From Isurus oxyrinchus (lineage: Eukaryota), in contig JANJGN010000032.1 in NCBI GenBank assembly GCA_026770705.1, forward strand, positions 14,632,001 through 14,696,000: a stretch of 64,000 bases of DNA. The letters are read 5' to 3'. Below the pieces are notes generated by a model that worked only from the letters and a program-made list of their open reading frames with translations, did not search any database and was not told the DNA's origin. Positions 14,524 through 27,292 of this stretch are shown here, piece after piece. Within the stretch, counting starts at the first letter, position 1; each line of letters opens with the position of its first letter. The position numbers and the translations under genes were made by a program.

Positions 14524-16580
14524 AAAACAAAAAAACTGCGGATGCTGGAAATCCAAAATAAAAACAGAATTACCTGGAAAAACTCAGCAGGTCCGGCAGC
14601 ATCGGCGGAGAAGAAAAGAGTTGACGTTTCGAGTCCTCATGACCCTTCGACAGACCTTGAGTGAATCCAAGAAAGGGGTGAAATATAAGCTGGTTTAAGG
14701 TGTGTGGGGTGCGGGGAGGTTTGGGTTGGGGGAGAGAAGTGGAGGGGGTTGGTGTGGTTGTAGGGACAAACAAGCAGTGATAGATAGAAGCAGATCATCA
14801 AAAGATGTCACAGACAACAGAACAAAAGAACACATAGGTGTTAAAGTTGGTGATATTATCTAAACGAATGTGCTAATTAAGAATGGATGCTAGGGCACTC
14901 AAGGTATAGCTCTAGTGGGGATGGGGGGAGCATAAAAGATTTAAAAATATTTAAAAATAATGGAAGTAGGTGGGAAAAGAAAAATCTATATAATTTATTG
15001 GAAAAAACAAAAGGAAGGGGGAAGAAACAGAAAGGGGGTGGGGATGGAGGAGGGAGCTCAAGACCTAAAGTTGTTGAATTCAATATTCAGTCCGGAAGGC
15101 TGTAAGGTGCCTAGTCGGAAGATGAGGTGTTGTTCTTCCAGTTTGCGTTGGGCTTCACTGGAACAATGCAGCAAGCCAAGGACAGACATGTGGGCAAGAG
15201 AGCAGGGTGAAGTGTTAAAATGGCAAGCGACAGGGAGGTTTGGGTCATTCTTGCGGACAGACCGCAGGTGTTCTGCAAAGCGGTCGCCCAGTTTACGTTT
15301 GGTCTCTCCAATGTAGAGGAGACCGTATTGGGAGCAACGAATGCAGTAGACTAAGTTGGGGGAAATGCAAGTGAAATGCTGCTTCACTTGAAAGGAGTGT
15401 TTGGGCCCTTGGACGGTGAGGAGAGAGGAAGTGAAGGGGCAGGTGTTGCATCTTTTGCGTGGGCATGGGTTGGTGACATAGGAGGGGGTTGAGGAGTAGG
15501 GGGTGATGGAGGAGTGGACCAGGGTGTCCCGGAGGGAACAATCCCTACGGAATGCCGATAGGGGGGGTGAAGGGAAGATGTGTTTGGTGGTGGCATCATG
15601 CTGGAGTTGGCGGAAATGGCGGAGGATGATCCTTTGAATGCGGAGGCTGGTGGGGTGATAAGTGAGGACAAGGGGGACCCTATCATGTTTCTGGGAGGGA
15701 GGAGAAGGCGTGAGGGCAGATGCACGGGAGATGGGTCGGACACAGTTGAGGGCCCTGTCAACGACCGTGGGTGGAAAACCTCGGTTAAGGAAGAAGGAGG
15801 ACATGTCAGAGGAACTGTTTTTGAAGGTAGCATCATCGGAACAGATGCGACGGAGGCGAAGGAACTGAGAGATTGGCATGGAGTCCTTACAGGAAGCGGG
15901 GTGTGAGGAGCTGTAGTCGAGGTAGCTGTGGGAGTCGGTAGATTTGTAATGGATATTGGTGGACAGTCTATCACCAGAAATTGAGACAGAGAGGTCAAGG
16001 AAGGGAAGGGAAGTGAACACTTTACAGCCTTCCAGACTGAATATTGAATTCAACAACTTTAGGTCTTGAGCTCCCTCCTCCATCCCCACCCCCTTTCTGT
16101 TTCTTCCCCCTTCCTTTTGTTTTTTCCAATAAATTATATAGATTTTTCTTTTCCCACCTACTTCCATTATTTTTAAATATTTTTAAATCTTTTATGCTCC
16201 CCCCACCCCCACTAGAGCTATACCTTGAGTGCCCTACCATCCATTTTTAACTAGCACATTTGTTTAGATAATATCACCAACTTTAACACCTATGTGTTCT
16301 TTTGTTCTGTTGTCTGTGACATCTTTTGATGATCTGCTTCTATCTGTCACTGCTTGTTTGTCCCTACAACCACACCAACCCCGTCCACTTCTCTCCCCCC
16401 ACCCAAACCTCCCCCCCACCCCCCCGCACCCCACACACCTTAAACCAGCTTATATTTCACCCCTTTCTTGGATTCACTCAAGGTCTGTCGAAGGGTCATG
16501 AGGACTCGAAACGTCAACTCTTTTCTTCTCCGCCGATGCTGCCAGACCTGCTGAGTTTTTCCAGGTAATTCTGTTTTTGT
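14524..16580 (-). mobile_element. Penelope-like element with inverted pseudo-LTR
   Basis: RT C-terminus (LPFLD..HYKSTDSHSYL) plus GIY-YIG (NLVYCIRC..LYIGET..RFAEH..GLN). 16020-16580 is an inverted copy of ~14563-15105. TSD TCCCCAG(A/G)GCATTA at 14510-14523 and 16581-16594. Confidence 0.95.
15058..16167 (-). CDS. Penelope RT-thumb/GIY-YIG endonuclease ORF (N-terminal ~50 aa from the antisense pseudo-LTR)
   Basis: 369-aa open frame with intact GIY-YIG and Cys/His motifs. The RT catalytic core is missing. Confidence 0.7.
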   Translation of the reverse strand: MEVGGKRKIYIIYWKKQKEGGRNRKGVGMEEGAQDLKLLNSIFSLEGCKVFTSLPFLDLSVSISGDRLSTNIHYKSTDSHSYLDYSSSHPASCKDSMPISQFLRLRRICSDDATFKNSSSDMSSFFLNRGFPPTVVDRALNCVRPISRASALTPSPPSQKHDRVPLVLTYHPTSLRIQRIILRHFRQLQHDATTKHIFPSPPLSAFRRDCSLRDTLVHSSITPYSSTPSYVTNPCPRKRCNTCPFTSSLLTVQGPKHSFQVKQHFTCISPNLVYCIRCSQYGLLYIGETKRKLGDRFAEHLRSVRKNDPNLPVACHFNTSPCSLAHMSVLGLLHCSSEAQRKLEEQHLIFRLGTLQPSGLNIEFNNFRS

Positions 16581-16709
16581 TCCCCAGGGCATTACCCTGG
16601 GTCTCTAAAACATTAGTCCAGTGACAATACCACTGTGCCACTCATGGTTTTTATACCAAACCTCCTGGTTATTAAGAGTTTGTCTCGTGATTTATGAGAT
16701 GATGGGATT

Positions 16710-16850
16710 TATATGTCTGTGTCTGTACCTGTGTACTTGTATGTGTGTGTGCATGTGTAATTGTATGGTAGTGTGTGTATTTCTATAAGCGTGTGTGTGT
16801 ATATAATTGTATGGCAGTGTGCGTGTGTGTATTTCTATGTTTGTGTATGC
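16710..16850 (+). repeat. Imperfect TG-rich simple repeat
   Basis: (TG)n-rich with a duplicated TAATTGTATGG..TATTTCTAT unit. Confidence 0.75.
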
Positions 16851-17149
16851 GGAAAGGAGGTTACAGAGAGAGAGAAAGACACAAGTTAATGTTTTTGTAG
16901 ACCAAACACTATTGTGTATGGAAAGGGAGAGGGGGAGGGAGTACACTATTGACTTAGCTTAGAGATGTCATGACTAATCGCGATCTAATTCTTCACAAAA
17001 TTGCCACTTACAAGCATGGAACAAAGCTCGTGAGAATGAAGGTGGGGGAAGGAAAATACTGTTTTCTTTTTAGATTTAAAATATCAATGGTCTTTCATTT
17101 TCCAGCTAGGCTTGATTTGCTCACTGCAGTTATCCATTAAGATATGATG

Positions 17150-17480
17150 CTGATGTGCACTGGCCTTTGACCTCTGAGACCTGAATTCAAATTCAGCCCT
17201 GACTAAAGGGATTAAATTATCACTTGCTACTGGCTGTCATTGTACTATGTGAATTAAATTTGAGAATTAAGTCTCAATCCAGTGTCCAGCCACCCTGTGT
17301 ACTGGTTTAAACTGGCAATCACAATCAAGCCACAGAGGGTTTTTTTTTGCTGGGAGATGGAAATATTACACTAGTGCATTTGAGAACATTGTTCATGAGA
17401 GCTGGGGCTGAGGCATATTGTTAGGGCAGAACAGAAGAAGCACTATGCTGCATCTAACTCTACCCAACCTATAAATGCTT
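17150..17480 (+). mobile_element. LF-SINE-like ancient SINE
   Basis: Ordered blocks GCCTTTGACCTCT..TTCAAATTCAGCCC, CTATGTGAA..TCTCAATCCAG and GGGGCTGAGGCATATTG resemble the recalled LF-SINE consensus. Confidence 0.5.
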
Positions 17481-17761
17481 CATCCTGGCACTAGGGTCTG
17501 GATTTGAACTTTTCAATGCTCTGACAGTGGGGGAGCCCAGGAGCATATGGAGAACCTGGAAGTATTTACAGTGTATTTGTCAGTGGCCTTTTAACACAGC
17601 TACTTCATTAGTATCTAACTTCAGGGTTTCCTACACAATTAGCACAGGTGGGCGAGATGACAACCCACGTGTGTCTATTTCAGCTGAAGTATTTAAAGGG
17701 ACCTTACTAAGAAGGAAGTTGAACGATTGTCCAGAGTTTCAACAGAGCAAGAAACTGCAGC

Positions 17762-17975
17762 AATGGATTCACAATGTTGCAAGGTAGTATCACACTTCAC
17801 TGATGCTTCCCTAGAGCTGATGCTGCAAGGGAGATTCCATTCACTGCTGACAGGAGGAAGAAGCCTGCCACAGAGAACAAGAAAGTGTGGCTGGAAATTG
17901 CTGAGGAGATTCTAGTGGCAGCTCCTGGATACGGTGCCTCAAGAAACTTAATGAACTAGTCAGGTCAGGGAAGGT
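17762..17975 (+). pseudogene. Harbinger Myb/SANT fragment
   Basis: HFTDASLELML..KKVWLEIAEEI..SWIRCLKKLNELVRSGK. Confidence 0.6.
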
Positions 17976-18096
17976 TAATGCATGGCCATTCAAATATATC
18001 CTGATCTTCATTTAACCCGGACCCCCCTCACTTTACCTTCCCAAACCCTTTCCGGCTTCCTGATGTGACACCATTTCCAGTCCTTTTAACCAGCCA

Positions 18097-18310
18097 AAAC
18101 AAAAACAGAATTACCTGGAAAAACTCAGCAGGTCTGGCAGCATCGGCGGAGAAGAAAAGAGCTAACGTTTCGAGTCCTCATGACCCTTTGACAGAGGACT
18201 CGAAACGTCAACTCTTTTCTTCTCCGCCGATGCTGCCAGACCTGCTGAGTTTTTCCAGGTAATTCTGTTTTTGTTTTGGATTTCCAGCATCCGCAGTTTT
18301 TTGTTTTTAT
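18097..18310. mobile_element. Mini Penelope fold-back insertion
   Basis: Two ~83-bp inverted arms of the Penelope 3' end plus the tail. TSD CTTTTAACCAGCCA at 18083-18096 and 18311-18324. Confidence 0.9.
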
Positions 18311-18689
18311 CTTTTAACCAGCCACCTGCTTCCAAATGCCCTTACATTTTCAGGTTAAAACTCCCCCCAAGACGCATGAAATGGAAAATATTCACTTCTC
18401 CAGCACTCAGCCTTGATCTGTTAAAGAAAAGTGAACAATGCTTGCAAAAAAAGGCTGCAGCATGGCCCTGGAAAGACAAAACAACACATACTTGATAGCT
18501 GTCAAGACAGCTCATTGAGAAATCCTAAAACTCTTACAATCTATTCTACTGATGTAAGATGACACACTGACTTCCTCCCTCCTTTAGGATAATGCGACAT
18601 GTGTATATTCTGATGTTTCTGTTGTGTCATTGAGAGTTCTTAATGAGTGATTATTGGGTCACCTACTATATAAAGAATTGTTTTATCAC

Positions 18690-19400
18690 TTCTCATTAAT
18701 TCTTTTTGCGATGATCTAAAATCTTTCCCTTCCAGTCTTGCCAACAAGAGGAAACAATCTGTCACTATTTACCCTGGTGTAACCTTCATAATCTTAAAAT
18801 ACCAATCAGGTTAATCCTTTCACCTTCTCAGCTGCAGTGAAAAAGGAAATAACTTCTCAAATCTTTCTTCATAACTGCGATGTTTCATCCTTGATAACAT
18901 CCTAATGAATCTTTGCTGCACCTTTTCCATTGATTTTTAAATCTGTTCCAATGATGGGGTGGCCAAAAGTGTACATTGTATCCAACTGTGATCTAACTAT
19001 GGGTTGGTAAAAGTTCACCGTTACATCCATGCTTTTTGATTTCTATGCCCCTTGACACAAACCTGGGGATTCAGCTTGCTTTTTACCTATTTGTGCTGCC
19101 ACCTTTAATGAGCTGTGCATCAGCCCAGGAAAGTCCCTCCTCTCCTCTACTGTTTTAAACATTGCCATTTAAGGCATAGTTCCTGTCTCTACTATTACTT
19201 CCAAAATGTATACTGTCACATTTTTCTACACTGGACTGCATCTGCCCACCCTGCCCGTGTCCTGCTGCAGTCACCATTGCCATCACAATTTGCTAGGCTG
19301 CCCGCCCCCCACCGTGCTAATTTGGTAAATTTTGAGATCGGAGACCTGAAGCTTTGCTGGTCTGTAAAGTTCAGTTTCATAATGAACAGCACACTCACCC
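18690..19400 (-). mobile_element. Degenerate CR1 ORF2 fragment
   Basis: ISKFTKLARW..WADAVQ and LEKLFPF-like remnants. Confidence 0.55.
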
Positions 19401-21477
19401 ACTGCGCTATTGGGAAAATCCAGCTCTTAATTACTTTATAGCTCTGGTTTATAAAAGGAAATTAATTTTCTTCCCATATCCTTCTGTGAATCCACTGATG
19501 ACATGATTCTACCATGATAGCAATACAATAGTCTTTATTGAATGAGATTCCAGCACTGCTCTTAACTATCATTAGCATTGTTTTCATTTTATTGCAATAA
19601 TAGAATATGCTATAAAAATTATAGATGGTAGAATGACTAAAAGGCTGCAAAAGTGTTCAGCTGACATCTATAAACCACTCTAGTTATGCTCTTATGAATT
19701 ATGATATCATCTGAACCCTTAGATTAAATTATGGCTGTATTAGGCACACTCCCAGACATCCATAGTTCTATTTTGGGGAGATAGGTTATTGAATGTCAAT
19801 GATTGTATGGAATGTGAGAGTAGGCATTACTGCCTGTGAAGAAAAAGATGAGAGGCCTAGATCAATAGTACCATCACTCTTTGTATGAATGGTCAAAACG
19901 GGTGGACCAGCTGTGTCTTGTGTTGAGCTGGCCCTGTCTCCTGATCTAGACTAATCATATTTAATGCTAATTATATAGTGAATAACCAGCTTGAACTGTG
20001 TTTCAGAGAGAACACACGATCAATAAGTTCAAATGACATCCTTAACCATAACTGTGAATCTTGATTGCATTACAAAGCCAGAGATTGAGTTCACTGGTGC
20101 AACGTCCGCCATATGTTTTGCCTAAAAATTGGATGTTAGATGTAACTTATTTGAGGTCAGTGACAGGACTGTCTACATGATGATAGGGAAAGACAGCGAT
20201 GTAAGGTGAAGATCGCAATGTCATCACCCAACAGCAAAGGAGTGTCTTAACAAAGAAACTTACTGTATTGGGGTGAGAATACTTCAGTTGGCATTACACA
20301 GAAAATCTCCAAGGGGTTCAACTTCCTTTCATGCTACAATGGTTGATGTGTTTTGCAAAATTCCTTTTGTGTGCTATTTTACAGCGGTCACTTACCTATT
20401 TTAAATTAGTTGGTTAAAATAACACAGGTAGCTAATGCGAATACCTTAACCAATGCCAACCTTAACCAACCAGTGGAAATGAAACCCCCCAGAATCAGAT
20501 TTGTTACCATTTCATTTAACTTTAATTTTTACTTTTCTAGTCAGCTGTATGTCTGAAGCACAGCATATTTAAGAGGCTCAAAATCAAGTTGTGCAGATAT
20601 CTAAATCCAATTGTAGGAATTCTGTTTGCACAATGTAGAATATGTACTTAACCCACTCCTTGGAGCTTCAATGCTAGTTGGCACTTAAGGGCCCAAAGTG
20701 TGTACAAGGGTTGTTGCTGGAGTTTCACCAGCTAAAAATGGGTAGCTTACCAGGGCTGCTACCCTCTGCTTGTACAACTAGGACCACCCACACTGGTGGG
20801 GCATTGGTTTGCAGGATTTTCCGAAGCCAAGCGAGGATCCCTGCTCCCAGTGACAGCTCTACAAAATCTGATTCACCAGCCTTGCAAGATCAATTCCAAG
20901 ACTAGCTGGTGGTTCCTGGTACCCTTCTTCATGTCCACCATTCACACTTCCTACTGAGAGCAGGTGTTAGGAACTTTGTATGACTACTGATTCCACTTGC
21001 CACTGTGCCATTAGTTAGTTGGAACAATGTGGAATCCAGTATTTTCCCCACCAAGCTGATTCAGTTAGGCAGCATATGTTAATTGTATATGAATTGGAAG
21101 TTTAATTGTATTCGGGTGGTGGATATTAACTGGGGATTCATCTATGCTCCAATACATAGGAGCAGACCAAAACACTGGTTGTTGGGTTTGGCAGTGTATG
21201 TTTGTAACGTGTATCTCTGGAAATGAAAGCTTGTAAATGTGTAAAGATTGGCTCCTGTTCTATCCTTCACCCCCTTGGTTTTCTGAAGTGTAACAACGCA
21301 TTCCACCAGCTCGGATCCCAAGGATGACCCCACAGGATGACTGGAGAGTCCCAGATTGGAACTTGGTGACCATTATCCAAGACAAAGTTAAGCCAGTGGG
21401 AAAAAAAGATTTAGGATCATGTTTTTGCAATTGGGATTCATTAGAGATAAATGCAACCCACTGATCTCACTACACTG

Positions 21478-21815
21478 AGGTGTTTAAAATATTTAAAAGG
21501 GTTAGATAGGATGGATATGGAAAAATTATTTCCTCTGGTGAGGGAATCAAGAACAAGGGGACAAAATCTAAAAATTAGAGCCAGGCTATTTAGGAGTGAA
21601 ATCAGGAAGCACTCTTTCCCACAAAGGTGAGTGGAAATCTAGAACACTTCCCCCAAAAGGCTGTGGATGCTGCTTAGAGCTTTCAAGACTGAGATCACAA
21701 GATTTTTGTTCAGTCAGGGCATCAAGAGATATGCAGCAAATCAACCATCCTTATTCAATAGCAGAACAGGTTCAAGGGGCTGCATGGCCTCCTCCCATTT
21801 CTATGCTCCTATTTC
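21478..21815 (+). mobile_element. CR1-type LINE 3' end
   Basis: EVFKIFKRVR..LFPLVRESRTRG and the 3' UTR motif. Confidence 0.8.
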
Positions 21816-22659
21816 TCTGATCCTGATCTCACAATATACAACACCTTGCAGCAGTCCTTGATCATCTCATCCTCTGACAGTGCAGCACTCCCTCAGTACT
21901 GCTTGGAGTGTAAGTCTAGATTTTTGTTCTCAAGTCTCTAGAACTTAAACCCACAACCTTCTGACTCAGAGGCAACAGTGCTACCAGCTGAGCCATGGCT
22001 GACAAGTAGCACTTTAAAATCCCTCTGCTTTCAGCAAAAATCTATCTTTCCCTTTACAGTTATCTTCACAGGGTTTAATTTGCATGCTGAAATATTAGAT
22101 TGTTGTTTAAAATTGCTTCTGAGCAACCAACTGGTATAACAATATATTATACTGCTTCATACTCAGTTCCAATATACAATGTTTTAATATGCTAACTACT
22201 GTTACAAACAGTTATAGTCTCTCTCTGGGGTTGCGATATATTGTACTGCATTATTACACTTAGCCCCCCCAATTGAAATATGTGAAAATTGTTCCTCCTT
22301 TATTTAGTTGTTTATGATACACATGAATTTTCAGAACATGTTTCTAAAATAAACACTTAAGAAAATAATATTCTGTAATGATTTCTCTGCAATTAACTCG
22401 GTGGGTTCGCTCCATGTTTACAGCAGAGCGCTTTTGATAGAAACATACTCCGTTATTAACTGATGAGTTGTTTGGCAAAAGCACTTGAGCTTAATATTTC
22501 ATTGTACGTAATGTCAGCCTCCACCAGAAAGGGGGATGCACATGGGTTGTTGATGTATTGCTTCAGTTGTACTGTTTATATGGAGCTGTAATTTTATTTC
22601 ATACTGTAAATATAGACTAGAGTAGGATTCCTAGAGTAGTGGAAAGGAGATTATAATTT

Positions 22660-23150
22660 AAGAGTAAATTGAAGGATATATTGGCCATGGAGGGAGTGCA
22701 GTGTAGATTTGCCAGAACGATACCTGGACTCCAAGGTTTAAAATATGAGGAATGATTACACAAACTAGGGTTCTGGAATTAGGTTCCCTGGAATTTAGAA
22801 GGTTAAGGAGTGATTTGATCAAAGTTTTCGATATTAAGGGAAACAGGATAGTTGGGGAGTCTAGGACTAGGAGGCATAAATTAGAGCTAGATCTTTCAGG
22901 AGTGAAATTAGGAAACACTTCTACACACAATGGTTGGTGGAAGTTTGGAACTTTCTTTCCCAAAAGTGAACTGATGCTAGATTAATTGTTAATCTTAAAA
23001 CCGAGATTGATAGATTTTTGTCAACCAAGGCTATTAAGGGATATGGGGCAAGGGTGGGTATCTAGAGTTAGGTCGTAGATCGGCCACGATGATCTCACAT
23101 GAATGGCGTAACAGGCTGAAAGAGCTAAATGGCTTTCTCTTGTTTCTGTT
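22660..23150 (+). mobile_element. CR1-type LINE 3' end
   Basis: SLEFRRLRSDLIKVF..GESRTRRH. Confidence 0.85.
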
Positions 23151-24041
23151 TTCTGATGTAATGGGTTTAGTCACACTGGGGTAAGAGTTGCTCTATCCAT
23201 TACGTTAAGAGAAAATGGAAGATGTTTTCTGCTTAATATATTTAGCAAAATTTAAATTGCTTAGAAAATTATTGTGTTTATAATGTTATTGGAAGTATTA
23301 ATCAGGAGAAATCTTCACAAAGTCATTTGCGCCACCCATGAGGGATGGTTCTGTGATCCTGGGCTCCCAGCAGGGAGCTGCACTCACAAGCAGTGCAGGT
23401 TGGCAAATTGGAACTAAAATGCTATCACCCTATTTCTGCGAGCATGGGAATACAGAATCCCACCCCCTCCCCCTACTATAATCCAACAGAGTGATTCTTC
23501 CACACTCATTCAGTTAGAAAACTATGTGGAATACAGGAACAGGAGTAGACCATTCAGCCCCTCAAACCTATTCTGCCAGTCTGTCCTGGATCCGAAATAA
23601 GTATTGATCCGGGGGCTAGGAACATGACGGGTAAGTGTGTCCCGCTCTGTCTAGTGAAATGCTGAAAGATGAGGGGAGACTGCATCATCAGTGAGGATGG
23701 TGATTAAAAACCTCTACCCACCCATAGTGTAAATTAAAAAGTATAAAGAACATCTTAAAACTATGTACATAGCTCAAATGTCTTTATTTCAGTCCTATTT
23801 CTAAATCCATGCCAAATTCACACACGTTAATATCATTGGAACAGGGTCCAGTAGAATGAATGCTTTGGCCCAGATCTTCCAGTCTCTGGATCATCAGAGA
23901 ACAGAGACCCTGCAGAGGTCCTGATGCGCTGACCTACATGGGAATTGCCTGGGAAGTTTGAATTTCCAATAGGCAATTCCCCTGCTCCCTGGAACACTCC
24001 GACTCTGAGCTAGAGTTGGAAACTTCAGACACTTACACAGT

Positions 24042-24124
24042 TTTGTTTTGAAAAATATACTTTATTCATAAAATATATGGCAGAACATTCCAACCCATTT
24101 CAAAATCACTATCACATAAGTACA
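24042..24124 (-). mobile_element. True Tx1 3' terminus
   Basis: Minus strand reads ..TATATTTTATGAATAAAGTATATTTTTCAAAACAAAA. Separated from the rest of the UTR by a Penelope with TSD ATCACA(T/A)AAGTACA. Confidence 0.8.
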
Positions 24125-24945
24125 GAAACAGAAATACCTGGAAAAACTCAGCAGGCAGCATCGGTGGAGAAGAGTACAGTTGACGTTTTGAGTCCTCACG
24201 ACCCTTGAACAGAATTAAGTAGAAATAGCAGAGGGGTGAAATATAAGCTGGTTTAAGGGATGGGGGGAGAGGAGATTGGGGGGCGGTGGTTGTTGGGACA
24301 AGCAAGCAGTGATAGGAGGAGATAACCAAAAGATGTCACAGACAAAAGAACAAAGAGGTGTTGAAGGTGGTGATATTATCTAAAAGAATGTGCTAATTAA
24401 GAGTGGATAGCAGGACAAGCAAGGTACAGATAGCTCTAGTGGGGGTGGGGTGAAATAAGACTAAAGGGCATAAAAGGTATCGATTTAAAAATAATGGAAA
24501 TAGGTGGGAAAAGAAAAATCTATATAAATCATTGGACAAAACAAAAAGGAGGGGGAAGAAACGGAAAGGGGGTGGGGATGGAGGAGGGAGTTCAAGATCT
24601 AAAATTGCTGAACTCAGTATTCAGTCCGGAAGGTTGTAAAGTGCCTAGTCGGAAGATGAGGTGCTGTTCCTCCAGTTTGCGTTGGGCTTCACTGGAACAA
24701 TGCAGCAGGCCAAGGACAGACATGTGGGCAAGAGAGCAGGGTGCAGTGTTGAAATGGCAAGGGACAGGGAGTTCTGGGTCATTCTTGCGGACAGAATGAA
24801 GGTGTTCTACAAAGCAGTCACCCAGTCTGCGTTTGTTCTTTCCAATGTAGAGGAAACCGCATTGCCAGACCTGCTAAGTTTTTCCAGGTATTTCTGTTTC
24901 TGGTTTTGTTTTGGATTTCCAGCATCCTCAGTTTTTTGTTTTTAT
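24125..24945 (-). mobile_element. Penelope fragment P1 (GIY-YIG C-part, pseudo-LTR, short inverted tail arm)
   Basis: Homologous to 14524-15320. Inverted ~80-bp arm at ~24862-24945. Inserted in the Tx1 3' UTR. Confidence 0.9.
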
Positions 24946-25601
24946 CACAAAAGTACAATCAGATTCAACTTTTACACATGTATCACAAGGTGCATCAATA
25001 TAATCAATGAATATTACAATCATTTCAATATGGTCAATGCAGACAATCAGACAATGGGATTGGAGTTATCAATATACATCATGTTACACTCTGAGGTGCT
25101 TCAATACATTTATAATGCACTTAGTATTCAATGCATACATTCATTGTGAGCTGCACAGCCCGAGGGGCTCTCAACAGTTCCCAGTCCCTCCGTGCCCTAT
25201 GGCAGAAAGGTCTTAGACAGCGACCTTTCCCCATTGCGCTTTTGTGGCGGCTGCCCCAACCTTTAGTGCGTCCCTCAGCACATAGTCCTGGACTTTGGAA
25301 TGTGCCAGTCTGCAACACTCGGTCGGGGACAACTCTTTGCGCTGGAAAACCAACAAGTTTCAGGCAGACCAAAGAGCGTCTTTCACCGAGTTGATGATCC
25401 TCCAGCTGCAGTTGATGTTTGTCTCGGTGTGTGTCCCTGGGAACAGCCCGTAGAGCACAGAGTCCCTGTGTCACAGAACTGCTTGGGATGAACCTCAACA
25501 GAAACCACTGCATCTTTCTCCAGACCTTCTTTGCAAAGGCACAATCCACAAGGAGGTGAACAACGGTCTCGGTCCCACCACAGCCTCCTCGAGGGCAACG
25601 T

Positions 25602-25996
25602 TGTCGCGGAAAACGGAGTGAACACTAGGACCCAGGAGGTTTGTCTTGGAAGTCTTTATTGAATCATGATATCATGGAGAGCCCAGCAGTATACAATGGA
25701 GCTAGCTGGCATTCTGAGAAGCATTAGAGTACACACATAGTTATAGCAAAAAAGTACATATCTTTTGGCATGCACACAATAGTTCTTTTAATTTACAACC
25801 ACATCTGACACTTGCACAACCCATCTGGCGCCCATTAGTCTGGGAAGGTAGCTGATAGCGCGACTAGTCTATTATTTTATGTGCTAGTGAGAAAACGTAT
25901 GGGCCTAGTTTCAAGGACATTTCGTTGTAATATTCCATCATATAGTTTAACCACTTAACCCTTTGTTATCCTGTATATGTATTTTATTCTCCCACA
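25602..25996 (-). repeat. Third ERV LTR (duplicate of the 3' LTR)
   Basis: Reverse complement of 46779-47172 with the same ACGTT/Tx1 flank. Confidence 0.95.
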
Positions 25997-26020
25997 ATCC
26001 CTCCTTGTTAATCTTTTAGA

Positions 26021-27292
26021 TTAACACCAGTGAGGAATAGTATCTTCACTTTCATATGGGGGTTCATAACCATAAGGAAAAGGCCGATCACTGGTGGGGT
26101 AAACTTTCTCTCCCCACCAGTGGGCTTCACTGGGGCCAGTGCACCTCATTTGGGGAATAATTGGGGCACCACCTAATCCAGTAAAGACGCCATTGATAAT
26201 CTGGGAGCAGCAAATCCGCAAAGCAACACATGCACAACACTCTATAACACATGCTATGGACCAACCCAATTAAAACGTATAGCAACCAACTTCCCCAATC
26301 AGAGAACCAACCTAGTATTACAGACCACCAAGAGTCTTTTTTATAAAAATTACTCAAACTTTCCGTTTCAATACGTAATACAAGTTAGATCACTTGATAA
26401 CAGCTGCTATATTGTTGCTGGACAATGTCTATTACAGCGAGTGGCGTGGACCCAGTCTTCCTTCCCTTTAATCTTCAGGGCCGTTCGATTTGTTAGCAGC
26501 ACAAGGTAGGTTCCTTTCCACCCTCTCATGCAATTCAGCTGCTGTTTTGCATAGAGGAAAATGAGTACAAATCCAACATTTAGTCCGATTAACTTGCGAG
26601 GCTACGGCCTGCATTCGTTGAACCGCAGAATTGGTAGTCCATACCCCCGCAAGGACCACGCAGAACAGGATCAAAATCAGAGTCAGCATTCTGATGGCTC
26701 AGTTAAAGTTCTTGCACAAGCACTTCCGTCCGAGGTCAGCGTCCGCTTGATGTGCGATGCGTGGATCCACAAGGGATGTCCTTCAACCTTCACTGCTATA
26801 TGGGTGGTGAGCAGGACTTGGAAAGGCCCTTCCCATCGAGATTCCAAACAGTTCTTTCTCCTGAAGGTCTTTACTAGGACTAGGTCCCCGGGCTGGTATT
26901 GATGGCAATCTTCAATGGTGGGCTTTTTCTGAGCTTCTACTACCTGTATATGCAAGCTCTTGAGAGAATTAGTGAGCGCTATACAGTATGTAATCATCCC
27001 CTCATCCATAGCGTGGATGTCCATTTCCCTAGCAGACAAGGGTGAGGTCACTGGGAGACGCATAGGACATTCCATTACAACTTCATAAGGAGAAAGGGAG
27101 GTGGTACGGTTAGGGTGAGAGCGCATAGTCTTTAGCGCCAAGCCAATTCAGGCTCTTTCAAACCAGTTTCTTCACATAATTTAGCTAGTTTGTTTTTCAG
27201 AATACCCTGTTGTCTTTCCACCGCCCCAGTAGACTGGGGGTGGTATGGGCAGGAAAGGTGATGGTTGCATTGTAAGGCCCTCAACAGTTCCT
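26021..27292 (-). pseudogene. Duplicate integrase A C-half and env A
   Basis: ORFs 26683-27141, 26468-26689 and 26127-26357 mirror 45633-46648. Confidence 0.9.

Larger units (their letters stand above)
14255..16640 (-). mobile_element. tRNA-derived SINE split by the Penelope (14255-14523 and 16581-16640)
   Basis: A/B-box-like head (GTGGCACAGTGG..GGTTTGAATCCC). Same family at 37766-37958 (+) and 50668-51025 (+). Confidence 0.7.

Noticed and set aside
15384-15998. 204-aa and other overlapping ORFs in Penelope, Tx1 (38710-39300) and Harbinger (61457-62005)
   Set aside because: Alternative-frame or antisense shadows of transposon ORFs.
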